A DNA stretch of 63,050 nt, filler included, from Globobulimina sp. (taxonomy: Eukaryota): the NCBI GenBank assembly GCA_003354225.1. It is 34 parts of 34 records of this genome, joined end to end, with 100 filler letters (N's around TTAATTAATTAA, not from the genome) between each part and the next. Parts side by side here need not be neighbours in the genome. Positions count along the whole stretch, not along the records: positions 24,159 to 25,916 come from PIVH01012284.1; positions 26,017 to 27,773 come from PIVH01012285.1; positions 27,874 to 29,630 come from PIVH01012286.1; positions 29,731 to 31,487 come from PIVH01012287.1; positions 31,588 to 33,344 come from PIVH01012288.1; positions 33,445 to 35,201 come from PIVH01012289.1; positions 35,302 to 37,058 come from PIVH01012290.1; 27 more parts are not named here. One strand, 5' to 3'. Shown in pieces: positions 24,159 to 37,158 of the stretch (position 1 is its first letter; each line of letters begins with the position of its first letter). A program made the translations under genes and the position numbers. The notes below the pieces were generated by a model. The model made no database searches. It was given only the letters and a program-made list of their open reading frames with translations, and had not been told where the DNA came from.

Positions 24159-24986
24159 ATCCCAATTTTCTAAAAATATTCTTGTTTTGTAAGTACCAGG
24201 ACCAGCTACTGAATGAAGTTTCTTAAAAACATCTTGTTCAATGGCGAAATGATACAATTCCGCAAATTTACAGCGATCATTGTTCCATAATTTTTGCATA
24301 ACATCACCAAATTTTGGTTCACGTTCGATAATTTTTACAGGAAAATCATGAATACTTTGCATTAATTTACCTATTTCATCTTGATCTTCTCGATTGAAAT
24401 ATCCAAAACGTTCCTCATACCATCCTTTTGTCTTTCCTTGGATACTTCTTAAATCAATCAATAGAACTTCTTCTTTCTGTTCGTTGCAACCTATATATGG
24501 ATAACGAGACATATCTCTTAATTTTGCAGCTTTGATTCCTAATCTTGATAAGAGTTCATTTGTAAATCTCATTTGTTTTGTTCCAGTTAATCCTTTTTCA
24601 GATATTGATTTAATTTGACCGACATATGCAGTTTGATCGGTATAATCTAGTTCAAGCCAATAAAAAATTATGTTATGGTCATTAATATCACGACTACGTA
24701 TTTCTACTTTTGATTTCTTGTGTTGAAATTCGATTTCTAATGCACCAAATTCAAATGTATTCATGTAGTCTGGTCCCAGTACATATTTGTATATTTTAAG
24801 GATATCTTCGTTAATTGTTGTGCTTTGTTTTGCTGTTTCTTTAATATCAATTACCAATGAGTCCAAATTTAGTGGTATTTCATGTATGACCAACACTCCT
24901 TTAGTAATGGATCGAAATTTATTGATAACTGCTCCTTTAGCAATGGATAGTGTTATGATCATTATTGTTGTGATTGATGAGAACAT
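24159..24986 (-). CDS. Secreted hypothetical protein resembling a giant-virus/endosymbiont GNAT-like family, 3' truncated
   Basis: Signal-peptide-like N-terminus; GTxxM...LxDxS...C...GWYEERFGY motif series; intronless. Confidence 0.5.
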
Positions 24987-26016
24987 TGTAGATTCTTGAT
25001 TTGAATAAATTTATTCTGGCTAATTATTTGTTACAGGAATGTTGCTTGAAAATCTAAACTTAGTTTGTTTATAGTATAAAATATTTCTATTTCTGCAAAT
25101 ATGAGATTATGAAAATTGAAACATACATGAATAGCTCGCTATATTTGCCGCTCAGCTGCACTTTAGTTTACAGTAGATTATGGACAAATTACAATGACAA
25201 TGTCATTGAATTGTCATTTGATGTCCGTTGTAGAAGGCTGGTATGAAAAATGACATTGAATCTGGTTTTTTTTCGAAAAATGCCAAAATTTCAAGTTGTG
25301 AGTTCAAAATTGATGTTGTTATCCAAAAACATTTTTGTCAATTGCCTAATAGTGTGATGGGCAGCTACACGACAGCTTTTAAACACGAATTTCAAGATAT
25401 ACAGTCAATTTTCGTAGTAAAAAGTACGAGATCCATATCAGATTCATTCGTCCTGCCGAGAACACTTTCGGGTTCTCATTTAATTCTTTGTTTCTGTAAT
25501 CAGTTTGTCAGACGAAATTTGCAAACATAACATAAATTGAATAATAATATCAATCAAACAAAAAAATAATACAACTTAATACATAAAAAAATAATAATAA
25601 ATCAGAACTCTTATAATAAAATATAAAATGGATGTTATACATTTATTTGTCATTTTCCAGCGACTTCAAAATGCGATTCTAGAAAAACAAGCAAAATCGT
25701 AACTGTGGTTCACAATATCAACGGTGCTTATTTCTGCATTCTGTTCTTTTGTGTTGTGGTGCAAAACATAATTATTGATAAGCTATATATATTGCAATTG
25801 AATGGCACACAAATATTTATGGCGAATTAAATTATTAAAATTAAAAAGAATAGAATATTGCGGGCCGCGCACAATTAAATATATTATACAGTACGTATCA
25901 TGCACAAAACAGTGGCNNNNNNNNNNNNNNNNNNNNNNNNNNNNNNNNNNNNNNNNNNNNTTAATTAATTAANNNNNNNNNNNNNNNNNNNNNNNNNNNN
26001 NNNNNNNNNNNNNNNN

Positions 26017-26337
26017 TCGGTCCCTACCAATTTAATGAGTGAGAATGTGCTAAAAAAACATGGCATGAAAGAGGAAGAACGCAAACCTAATGTTGATTTT
26101 TGGAAAAAGGAATTGAGAGTGTTGAAAGATGCTGGTTTTGAGAGTAAAAAAAAGAATTTGTGCATGTTGGTGAAATATACGGTAAAGAATGATGATGAGG
26201 TCATTGATAAAAGAATGACACAATCTGTGGTTATTAGGATATTGCAAAAAGAGAAAACACAAAAGATAAAAAATGAGGAAATGGAGAATTATTTGGAACA
26301 TGAATGGGAAAATAAAGAGCAAATCATTGTAGTGTGA
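26017..26337 (+). CDS. C-terminal fragment with a UBA-like domain (NBR1 type)
   Basis: LKDAGFESKKKNLCMLVKY. Confidence 0.4.
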   Translation, partial: SVPTNLMSENVLKKHGMKEEERKPNVDFWKKELRVLKDAGFESKKKNLCMLVKYTVKNDDEVIDKRMTQSVVIRILQKEKTQKIKNEEMENYLEHEWENKEQIIVV

Positions 26338-26482
26338 TGTTGTGTGACTGTGTGTTGTGTTTATATTATTTTGAATAAAACATTTCTGCACGGCCAGCAA
26401 GTCACTTCTTTCCTCATAGTCAGTAGAAGTCACATTTTTTGCAACCTTTGAAAAACGTTCTCGAAGTGAGCTAGTGATCATT

Positions 26483-27773
26483 ATGAGTGAAGAGAAAAAA
26501 GAAGCGATTTCTTGGTATTGCCAGTCAAATGACGCGTGGATTCCATTACCATCGAGTGTATCCCGTAAAATTGATAAAGCGGGAAGGAACGCAAAAATTC
26601 ATATAGTGGTTAAAGAAATTAATCAATTTGGCTATGAAATAATTAAAACAAGTAATAACTGTGCATGGCAAAGAAACACATTTACAAACAAAGTACGGCC
26701 GGTTATTCGTAACATAGAAGAGGTAAAAGATGAAACAGAAATATTAAACCAAAAAGATGCACATAACCCATTTGCTGCAACACAAAAAGATCAAAAAAAA
26801 TATTTAGGTGCTGATTACCAAAGATTTGGTGAAATATTACCTGATGATTCATATGTTGGTGGAGAGTATAAATGGCTACATTGTCAATTTATGGCTGATG
26901 AACAAATTAAAGATATCTTAATAAAAACATCAAAACTTATTAATAATATTGATCACTTAATGGATAAACAATGGGTTAATCCGTTAAAATATTCGTTAGC
27001 AGATATTAGTCCTCTTTCTATTGAATGGTTTAAAAAAATGATTGGATTATATACAAGAGAGGGCGGCAATATGTACGTTAAATTGAATTGGAATTTAAGA
27101 GCGAATGAATGGTTTAATATACAAAAGGAATTATCGCCCATAGTATTTGCACTAAAATGTGTTTGTGAGGGATATTGTTATCGAATAACTAAGGATGAAA
27201 AATTTAAACCATATGAAGGCACAGTACATCGTGTTATGGATTATAAAAAATCGATATCTGCACAGATTAATGATATTAATGTTGGAGATGAAATATATTT
27301 CGGTGGATTCACATCGACCACAAAAAATTGGAAAATGACAAATAAAATTGCAAAATCACGTGGTTTTGTTTATGAGCCAGCTGAAAATGGAATATATTTA
27401 AAAATTAAAGTAAAAGCAGAGCATAAATGTGCTGTCGATATCACTGATACCTCAGAATTTGAATACGAAGAAGAAGTATTAATTTCGTGCTTTACAAGGT
27501 TTGTTTTGTAATCTGATGATATTTTGTGCATATTAATATGTTGTCGGTTGAATGTGTTTGTTTTATGTTATGTGAACTTCTGTGATGATAGATTTAGAAT
27601 TACAGGAATTGATAATCCACAAAACAAACCAAGTTATATTGCTGTCCATTTAGAATCATTGCCTGCATATTACACAAGTTGGAAGCAATGGGAATCCGAA
27701 AGAAAAGTAAGAGAACAATTAGCAGCTCTTGCATATTCATATCAGTTTGGTGAAGCTGTAGAATTAATAAAAT
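26483..27773 (+). CDS. WWE-domain plus R-S-E clade ADP-ribosyltransferase; intron 27499-27591; 3' truncated
   Basis: WYCQSNDAWIPL...QRNTFTNKVRPVIR (WWE); LYT, VHRV, FTSTT and EEEVL ART motifs; the splice restores FTRFRI. Confidence 0.85.
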
Positions 27774-27873
27774 NNNNNNNNNNNNNNNNNNNNNNNNNNN
27801 NNNNNNNNNNNNNNNNNTTAATTAATTAANNNNNNNNNNNNNNNNNNNNNNNNNNNNNNNNNNNNNNNNNNNN

Positions 27874-28172
27874 ATGAAGGGTTTGTTATTTTTAGTAAAG
27901 CATATTTAAACCCTTGTACCAATACAGGACCATCTGCGAATCAATTTATGTATGAAATGTTGATGGAATTTGATTATATACCACTTAATGAAGAAATTGA
28001 TCATAGGTTTGCACTGAGTGTAGGAGTTTCTTTTGCTGCGGTGTTTTGTTGCATAGTGGTCATATTTGTAGTAATGTATTGGTTGTCAGACAAAGAGGAT
28101 GATCATTACCCCCACAATATCTATGCTGCCAATCGAAAATATGGTGCTGTACACACAACGCAAATGTTGTAA
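27874..28172 (+). CDS. C-terminal fragment of a single-pass membrane protein
   Basis: TM helix followed by a YGAV-containing tail. Confidence 0.45.
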
Positions 28173-28550
28173 AATGTTTTACAGTGATTTCTTTCATAGT
28201 TTTAATATTTTTTTTTCAAAAACGTTACTTTTCAGCACAGAATCATGACTCATCATGGCAAATTTCGATCAGATGATCCATCTGAAACAAATTGGAAAAG
28301 GTCCGCATTAAACTTATATTCCTAAAAATAACACGTTATTTATTGATGAATTATGTTACATTCACATTTTTCCACATTCATTCTACTCATAATTATGATA
28401 CAAACCACTCATAATTATGCAAAAACCACTCATATTCATCATACATTATCATTATACATCAAGCAAACTTCATAACAATACACAAAAAATATAAAATATA
28501 CAAAACAAAGTTCTGATTTATTACACGATTCCACCCCATATTACAATCAA

Positions 28551-29235
28551 ATGAATGACGAAAATATAAATGATTCGACCAACACGAATGAGCAAGAATT
28601 TTATTCAACAAACTCGCCCAATTATGGTAATTATAATGATGGGGCAAATATGAATGGGAATCAAGTGCAACAAAAATGGACCCGTTCATACAATAAACAG
28701 AATGCATACAATGAGCACCCGAAAAACTATAATAACGGATTTAAATCTGGTATTCGGAGAAATAATTTTCATCCAAAATACAATAATTACAATGGCAGAG
28801 GAGGTAGAAGAGGGAGAGGGAGAGGAAGGGGCATGGCAAGGGGCAGAGGAAGAGGACGTAATAATAATTATAGACGGAGCAACAGAGGCTTTGGAGGGAG
28901 AGGCAGAGGATACAGAAACAGAGGGAGAGGGAGAGGAAGAGGAAGAGGTAGAGGCAGAGGCCGACGATTTAATAATAAAGCGACTACAAAGTTAAGTGTG
29001 CGAATGTGCGATGCGATGGAATTTAATGGAAATTTCGGTTGTTGTGTTATTTGTGTATATATATAGGCAAGATTTGGACCGTGATTTAGAGAAATATTTG
29101 TATGGTGGAGATGATGGAGCGGTGAGAAAAAAAAACGATTTGGATGATGATTTGGATTCGTATTGGAATGATAGTAATATTAATAACGGAAAAAAGGAGC
29201 AAAATGAGAATGAGAATGAGAAAGAGAAAGAGTAG
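28551..29235 (+). CDS. RGG/GAR-rich RNA-binding protein with duplicated FoP/CHTOP-type C-terminal motifs; intron 28991-29066
   Basis: RGRG repeats; LDRDLEKY and LDDDLDSYW motifs. Confidence 0.75.
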
Positions 29236-30252
29236 GTTGATCTCGATGTAAATGATGACAATGATAAGAAGAACAAGGAAAATACAGGTTTGTGAGCAGT
29301 GTTTGTGTGTTTTTGTGTTTCTTTGTTGGTGTAAGGATAATGTTTGTTGTGTAGTAAATGTAGGCGATGATATCGATACAGATAAAGGTAATGAATGATT
29401 GTTTTTATGATATATGGGCGGATAACTCGTAAATTAATTTAATTGTAATCAATGTTTAGCATTTTTAATTTATTTGTGGACTCATTTTTTAACGATTGTG
29501 GTATTTCTCTATTGAAAGGAATGCATTTAAGACTTTTAAGTCAAAGGTTCAGAAGGCATATCAAAACATTTTCGGGTACCCCATGTTTTGCATATCAAAA
29601 AAACAATATTCAACTGCACTGTGTTGACATNNNNNNNNNNNNNNNNNNNNNNNNNNNNNNNNNNNNNNNNNNNNTTAATTAATTAANNNNNNNNNNNNNN
29701 NNNNNNNNNNNNNNNNNNNNNNNNNNNNNNATATATATATGATATTTTCATGAAATTATAAAAAAAAAATCATATATATTATTCGAATTTTCAATATATG
29801 ATCAGAATCCTAAGGGAAACTTCGCAGTCTAATATATATATTAGCTGTACTAATATATATATTAGTACTAATATGCGTACCTCTTATCGGGAACACTACT
29901 GTACTCCACATCCACCTCATCCACACCCACCACCTCCTCCCACACCACGATAACCAACACGAACGCATCCATCAATAATACCATATCACTATAAAGTATA
30001 AACAATGTATAACAAATAAATGTATAAATAGAAACAGAAATAAATACTTAATTGAGTGATTTGGAAAATACATTGATTGAGCTGGATCGGACTTGTTGAC
30101 TGGTTCCATGATAAAAGATTAAAAGAAAAAGAAAAAGTTTTGTTACTTTAAGTTAGTCACTTTATCATGGTCTCATTAGTCTACACAAAGGATGCGTATG
30201 GATGGATTATATGATGGATTTATTGCACTGATGGATTTGGTACATCTGATGG

Positions 30253-30726
30253 ATGATCACGAGGAAAAGTTTTTTTTTCAGTTTTTTAATTTATAACAAA
30301 ATTGTGATTTGTTTTTTAATTACATATTCTACTGTTGTACGTACTGACTCGTACAAACAAACAAATATCAGAGATTGGGAAAATGAAGAGATTTTAGACT
30401 GGATAAAATCTATTGATTTATCAGAGAAATGGACAGAAAAAATAACAGAGTCGGAATGTACTGGAACAGAGCTGCTTTCATTAAACAATGGCAAAGAATT
30501 GGATGAATCATTTGGTCTCAACAATCCAATGTTATCTAATCGTCTATTTCGAGAATTGAAAAAAATAAAAACAGTTTTACCATCATCTGAATTTGAAGTA
30601 ATTACTGTTGAACTTCAAGCAACAGCTGGAGGCCAGGGATACCCACAAGAAATTATTGATGATTTATTAATATTCCTCCCTCCATATCGCCACCGCAAGC
30701 GCATCAGACATGGATTAAAATGCTGA
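30253..30726 (+). CDS. SAM-domain protein fragment (possibly degraded)
   Basis: WENEEILDWIKSI...CTGTELLSL...FGL. Confidence 0.55.
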   Translation: MITRKSFFFSFLIYNKIVICFLITYSTVVRTDSYKQTNIRDWENEEILDWIKSIDLSEKWTEKITESECTGTELLSLNNGKELDESFGLNNPMLSNRLFRELKKIKTVLPSSEFEVITVELQATAGGQGYPQEIIDDLLIFLPPYRHRKRIRHGLKC

Positions 30727-31074
30727 TATGTGTCAACAAAAAAACTAACAATACGCCCTCGGAAATTATAAATCGAGAAGAAATAATTGAAATATTGACA
30801 GAAGAACAACATGGATACTAAGCATAGTGATGATGCGATGTACACAGTTCGTATGGAGGCATTGCCACACAAACCATTTTCATATACATTTGCATCATTT
30901 GGTTGTGCCATATCGTGAAATTCTTTATTTCCAGCTCAATCTTTACGGGCATGATTTGAGGACAATGTGCTTCAAACCAATTGGTGTGATTCACATAAAA
31001 ACCATTGTTTAGTGTATGGTTTACAACTCCAATCTCCGCGGAATTCAACTTTAGTCAGTACTTTGAGCGCCAAA

Positions 31075-31487
31075 ATGGGCAAAACAATCCCAAGAGAAAA
31101 GTGTGTGAAATGGAATGTGATTTGTCTGTATTGTATTGGTGGTTTGTTTTATTTTTTTGGAGCATGTGGCTTTGCCCACGCATGGAACTTAGTGGATGGC
31201 TCATCCGTTGCTGGCATATATTTTGCAGAGCAAACATTTGTTGGTTTGCATGGAATGTTGTTGGCTGGCTTTGATTTGTATGAAATGAAGATTTTGAACG
31301 AGAAGAAATGGAGAATTGTTATCTACAATGCATTGTTTTTATTTTTGGCATTGATTGATTTTTTTTCTTTTGCAGTGCTCAGTGCCACATTTGATGAATT
31401 CGGAGTGGATAACGGTGCGATTGCATTTGTAGCAGCTTTTTATTTTTTGGTTATGATTCCTCCGATTTCTTTTTTGCTCACAAAACC
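31075..31487 (+). CDS. Multi-pass membrane protein, 3' truncated
   Basis: Four hydrophobic segments in the ORF. Confidence 0.55.
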
Positions 31488-31587
31488 NNNNNNNNNNNNN
31501 NNNNNNNNNNNNNNNNNNNNNNNNNNNNNNNTTAATTAATTAANNNNNNNNNNNNNNNNNNNNNNNNNNNNNNNNNNNNNNNNNNNN

Positions 31588-32500
31588 TGATTTAATGAAA
31601 AACAGATTGAATAAATATTTTAAAATGAGATATGACAGCATGGAAATCGATGTTCAACCATCCAAACACAGGGCGGATAACGACTGGATCGACGATATTG
31701 CGCTAATAAAAAGAGTCAGAAATCATATTCAAATCAATGGTGTAAATAATGAGCGAACCATGTTTAATCCACAGGTATTAATTAAAAAAAACAATGTTAT
31801 CATAAATTCCATTTCAAATGCCACCAATCAAAAAGTCACAGACGTGTTTGAAATATCGCAATGTGATCAATTTAATTTGTTTGATTTTGTCCAAAAATAT
31901 AATATTTGCTCACCACATCGCATTGGAAAATTGGAGGGCAAAATGGGATTAAGAGCGAAGAAATTTATTCCCAAAGGTACTGTTTTAGGCAAATATGTGG
32001 GAAAAGAATATTTGACCAAAGAATTTGATGCAATTTACGAGCATTCCTCGGAGTATCATTTAAGAAATATGTACGCCTTTGATGTCAATGCATATATTCC
32101 AGCGGATATTGATGATAATAATAATATTAAAGTGAATAGTTTGTATTATGAGACTGCCACAAAACAGTCCATACTCATCGATGGCTGGGAAGAGAGGAAA
32201 AGGAATCCATTGGTTTGGATCAATGATTGTAGGCAGAATATTCTTTTACATGATCAACCGACAGGGAATGATGAGAAATATTGGAACTGCAGTTTTCGAA
32301 CCATAATAATTAACGGATGGCCCTCCATTTTTGTTGTAGCAAGAAAAGATATCGTCGTTGGTGAGATATTTAACATTTTTTACGGATATAATTATGGTGT
32401 TTCTATAAATAAAATGGATAATCATCAAACGTTAAGAGCAAGACTTAGCGGATTAGTCGATGATACTATTTTAAATATTTTAGGAGCAAATACTTGTTAA
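31588..32500 (+). CDS. SET-domain lysine methyltransferase-like protein, 5' partial
   Basis: GKMGLRAKKFIPKGTVLGKYVG, WINDCR, and ARKDIVVGEIFNIFYGYNY. Confidence 0.85.
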
Positions 32501-32546
32501 TTAATTATGTAGAAAAACAATTTTTTAGTCCAATTTTTAATTAGGA

Positions 32547-33344
32547 ATGCAATCTTTTGAATGGAAGTTGGCCGATTCAACACTGAGTGACATAAAGTCA
32601 GCATTGAACGGTGCTGGTTTTAGTAGTCCTCAATTTTCTATTCACAATATATCATTTAATATTTTATTGTATCCAAATGGAATGACACCGGTTCAACTTG
32701 GTTCGGTAAAAGCATTTATTGCCATTCCTTCCTGGCCAAAACAATTAATTTCGTTTGATGCGCGCTGTAAACTGTCCATTATTGAAGCTGATATATCGTC
32801 AGAGGATATTACTAAATTCATGTCAGACAATTTAAATAGTTCGGTGTTTGACGGGCCGAGCACTGCGGAATTGCAAATATATAATCCATTGACATTTAAA
32901 TTGGAAATTGAAGTTTTATCTGCTTTGGACAATAATGTGCAAGATATCAGGCATCAATATATGGTGCAACAAGAACAAGATCAAGAAATAAAGAAAGTAA
33001 ATCCAATGTTGTTGGGATCAATAATGCGAAAAATAAACGAATTAACTGTGAATTTTGATAAATTGCAGCAACAGATACAATATATTGAATTACGAATGAA
33101 TGAGGATGAAAAAATGGATGATACCATGCACACAATAATGAAAAGAATGGATGTGATGGAGGCAAATATGAATAATATCTCATTGAATGGGGATGGGAAT
33201 GTTGTAAATGCAGAAGCACAGAAATTAAGATTATGGCTGCAGAATGAAGTGAAATTAAAAGAATATTATACTGTATTTGTGGAGAGCGGTATTGAGGATT
33301 TAGAGACAGTATCATTGCTAACAAAGGATTCATTGAAAGATATG
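32547..33344 (+). CDS. MATH/TRAF domain, coiled coil and SAM domain protein, 3' truncated
   Basis: FEWK...FSSPQF...LYPNG (MATH); LWLQNEVKLKEYY...GIEDL (SAM). Confidence 0.8.
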
Positions 33345-33444
33345 NNNNNNNNNNNNNNNNNNNNNNNNNNNNNNNNNNNNNNNNNNNNTTAATTAATTAA
33401 NNNNNNNNNNNNNNNNNNNNNNNNNNNNNNNNNNNNNNNNNNNN

Positions 33445-34272
33445 CAACGAATGGAATAACTGCACCTGCGCTTGGATGGAATACTGCGACAACGGCGACA
33501 AATCAATGATGAATAATATCAACGCATTCAAGTGCGCCAAGGCCGTAATCGCTTGCATTTCGATGGTGTTTCGCTCGCTCAATGGTTTCTGATCCAATAT
33601 GCCCGGCGAGTCAATGATTTGGTACCGTAAATAGTTATAATCGCAGTGGCCGACATATAGCGATTTGGTGGTGAAGGGATACGACGCCACCTCCACATTT
33701 GCGCGAGTTATCTTGTTGATAAATGACGATTTGCCGCAGGAGGGGAAGCCCGTTAATAATATCGTTTTTTGGTACGGGTCGATGGTGGGCAATCTACCGA
33801 TATGTTGGCGAACCTGTTCTAGATATAACAAGGACGCTTTTTGTTGTCGCAAGATCTTCACCATGCGGCCCAAGGCGGCGCGCTTTAAATGTTTGCAGCG
33901 ATATAATGAGTCACCATATTTTAGTAATTTGTGGTAATCGCGGCCGAGGTTTATGATGAGTTGCCGGGCGATGTTGAGTTGGGATAAGGCGATTTTGTAA
34001 TGGTCGCGGTCGTATAATACGTTCATTAAATCGGAGTAGAATGGATGGATCGAGTCGAGTTTGGGGAACTCGGCTAGGATTTTGGTCAAACGTTTGGTCA
34101 TGTTTTGTTGCGTGAATTTCACCTTTCTCATATAAAAGGAACGTATGGAGGATATGCGCCACCGCGCACGGACCACGGTTGGGGTTTGCCGGTTCGTGCG
34201 CGATAGCATTATGTCGACAAATTCTGTCGCTGATGGCACAACGCCAATGTCCTTGAAATTGTATTTCACCAT
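33445..34272 (-). CDS. NOG1: Nucleolar GTP-binding protein 1, N-terminal part
   Basis: [57 protein letters not shown]. Confidence 0.97.
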
Positions 34273-34342
34273 CTTTGCAGAGAGGGATGATATAACACTG
34301 ACTTGATTAATATCAACTAATATAGTCTGAAAACTTTCTAGT

Positions 34343-35201
34343 ATGAAGAAACATCATGGCTACTTTTCTGGTTTTTTAATATTATCAAAGCTCCAAATCC
34401 TATGTCTATTTATATGGTTTCTATTGGTATTTGCGGGTTTCATCATTTCCTCGGAAATGTCACATGGCATTCAATTGTTTTATTACCCGGCACACGCACT
34501 GTATCACAACAAATGGAATAATGTAAAATCATCACATTTCATTAGACACTCAACCACAAAACAACAATATGCGAATTTAACAGTGTTAGTCGGTATTGGC
34601 ACTGTTAAATCTGGAACCACATCATTTCGATCATTGATTCATGAAAACGTGAAACAAATCAATGCCTTCAATTGGCGCGATGTTCCCCGCGAAACACATT
34701 ACTTTGACAAATGCACAAATTGTTCGTTTGATGCTTATCTCGAAGCACTTCTATCATTCTATAGAGACAGCAAAAAAGATGAAAGAAAAATGATTTTAAC
34801 AGAAAAGTGTCCGACGTATGTTTGGAATGAGGGCGCTTCGTTTTTGTTGACCCTCTATGCACATCAATACGATGTTAAATTTTGGCTGTTATTAAGGAAT
34901 CCAATCAAAAGATATTGGTCCAATATATGGATGGAGGAAAGCGGTCGCTGTATCGGATCGAATCTATTTTGGGACTGTATGTTTTTCAAAAAACAAAATC
35001 AACTGTTTTCAGAAAATATCACTGATGTAAATAAAATGAGTGAACGGCTACTTGTTTCCATTAAATATTATGATAAACAGTATCCGTCCTCAAATGCATT
35101 GAGGCAGAGATTAAAAATTATGGATAAAGGGCATAGAAATTATGATATTGATGAAGAAGAAACAGTTACTTTGTTTAATAAAGTAATGTATGGCGAACAT
35201 G
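34343..35201 (+). CDS. Golgi-type sulfotransferase (heparan sulfate 3-O-ST-like), 3' truncated
   Basis: N-terminal TM; 5'-[24 protein letters not shown] and 3'-[12 protein letters not shown]. Confidence 0.85.
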
Positions 35202-35301
35202 NNNNNNNNNNNNNNNNNNNNNNNNNNNNNNNNNNNNNNNNNNNNTTAATTAATTAANNNNNNNNNNNNNNNNNNNNNNNNNNNNNNNNNNNNNNNNNNN
35301 N

Positions 35302-36690
35302 ATGCAGCAACGCATCATCGATATCAACGCAGCCTGGCGGGTCTACACTGAATATGTTGTCATAGCCTTCCGTGATTAAATTGCGTCGAATCTTCAAATC
35401 GCGCACAAGAGCCATATTTACATTGCCATCGCTATCCTGTTCCGCCGGTTTAGGCAAACATTTCAACACAGAGTCAGACCATGGATTGTATGGTATATCA
35501 TGCTCTAATAAAAGAACTTGTGTTTCTGTCTCCAAGTCGCCGATCACGCCAATTGTTTCTGTGTAATGTCCAAACGGATATTTTGAACTTATTTTCCATT
35601 CATCAATATTGACAATGATTCGCTTATCCATCAAATTGCCAATTTGAGAGCTTTTTATTCTGATTTTGGGGATGCGGCAATCGATTGGAATGAATAAACA
35701 AACGGTTTGACTGCTTGCCGTGTCAGGATCCAATGAGCCACAGTATGATCTCCAATGTTTTTCCATTATGGACACAATTTCACCCTTCTCCTCATCCAAT
35801 AACTTGACACTTACAATATCTTCGTGAATGGCGCGGTTTATATTACTCAATCCATAAACGAATATTTCTGGTGTTTCAGAGCTGTGCGTCAGTACTTTTC
35901 CATATGCATTGTTGCCATAAGCACGAATCGAAAAATATTTACCTTTAAAGATCTTTTGATTATTTTTTAATTCCATTTCAACTCTATTTATTTTCCAATG
36001 TGGTTTATATAATAAATTGTTATTTTTATTTTTGTCATCTGCAGTGTCAACAATGCAAGACAATGAATCTTGTAAATTGCATAAATGTGCAGGAAATAAT
36101 GTTTTTATAAATAAGTTGATTTGCATCGCATTTACATTAAATAATTGCAATAATTTTACGTTTTTGGCTGACTCAGTGATTGCAAATAGAAATTTCTTGT
36201 TGTTGTCAAAGGATAAATGTCCATTATACCATTTGTAGGCTCTCACAAGTTGTTTAAATTGAAAATCGATTAATAACTCATTATTTTGTTTTTGAATGTT
36301 TGTGTTTTTATTAAATTTATTCATAAAAATATAAATTGGTGCATTGTATTGATTACATTCAATTAATTCAGATTCAATTCTTTTGTATAATGAATAATTT
36401 GTTTGTTTAATATTATTTAGAATGGTTTGTAATAAAATAACATTAAATTTAGAGAGAAATAGAGGCGATGTAATAATATCAATTTGGTGTTGAATTGTTA
36501 ATAAATCTGGAATTAAATAAATATTCCTTGACAAAGTAGGTTTAAGTGGTGGTAAATAACTACATTCGTTGCATGACAACGTACCACAACCAATATCGTT
36601 ACGACAATAAATCTCAGTCGATTTACAAATAACTCTGCCTCGTCTCGTCCGTTGTAAATTCATTTCACAATTTCTTAATGGGTTTTCCAT
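35302..36690 (-). CDS. DIS3: Exosome nuclease DIS3/RRP44 family, N-terminal part
   Basis: CR3 Cys motif, PIN-like region, NRAIHEDIV, IPKIRI, YPFGHY, and RNB start SVDPPGCVDIDDAL. Confidence 0.92.
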
Positions 36691-37158
36691 CCTGATTTTG
36701 ACGTTTTTTTTCAAAGTTAAAGTTTTTGATTTTAACTAGAAAATCAACTCTCTTTTCTTACATCTTTCCAATGGCATCCAAGGGTGATAAAGCTGTTAAA
36801 CCTTCGTTAAAGAAGTTACCAACGAAATTCAAAATTTATCAAAATTGTTTATCAATATTAAATCTGTGGACAAGAAGCAGTAAATTACCTAAAACATATT
36901 ACAAATTATATCCAAAAATATTATATAAACTTATTATTGCATTTTATTATAACGCTGCCTGGTTAGTATTTGATCATAAACAGCACCAAAACAATATGTA
37001 TGATTCCTTATCATTTAGTAATCATAATTTGTCAGTTCAACATAAAGAAACAACACATNNNNNNNNNNNNNNNNNNNNNNNNNNNNNNNNNNNNNNNNNN
37101 NNTTAATTAATTAANNNNNNNNNNNNNNNNNNNNNNNNNNNNNNNNNNNNNNNNNNNN

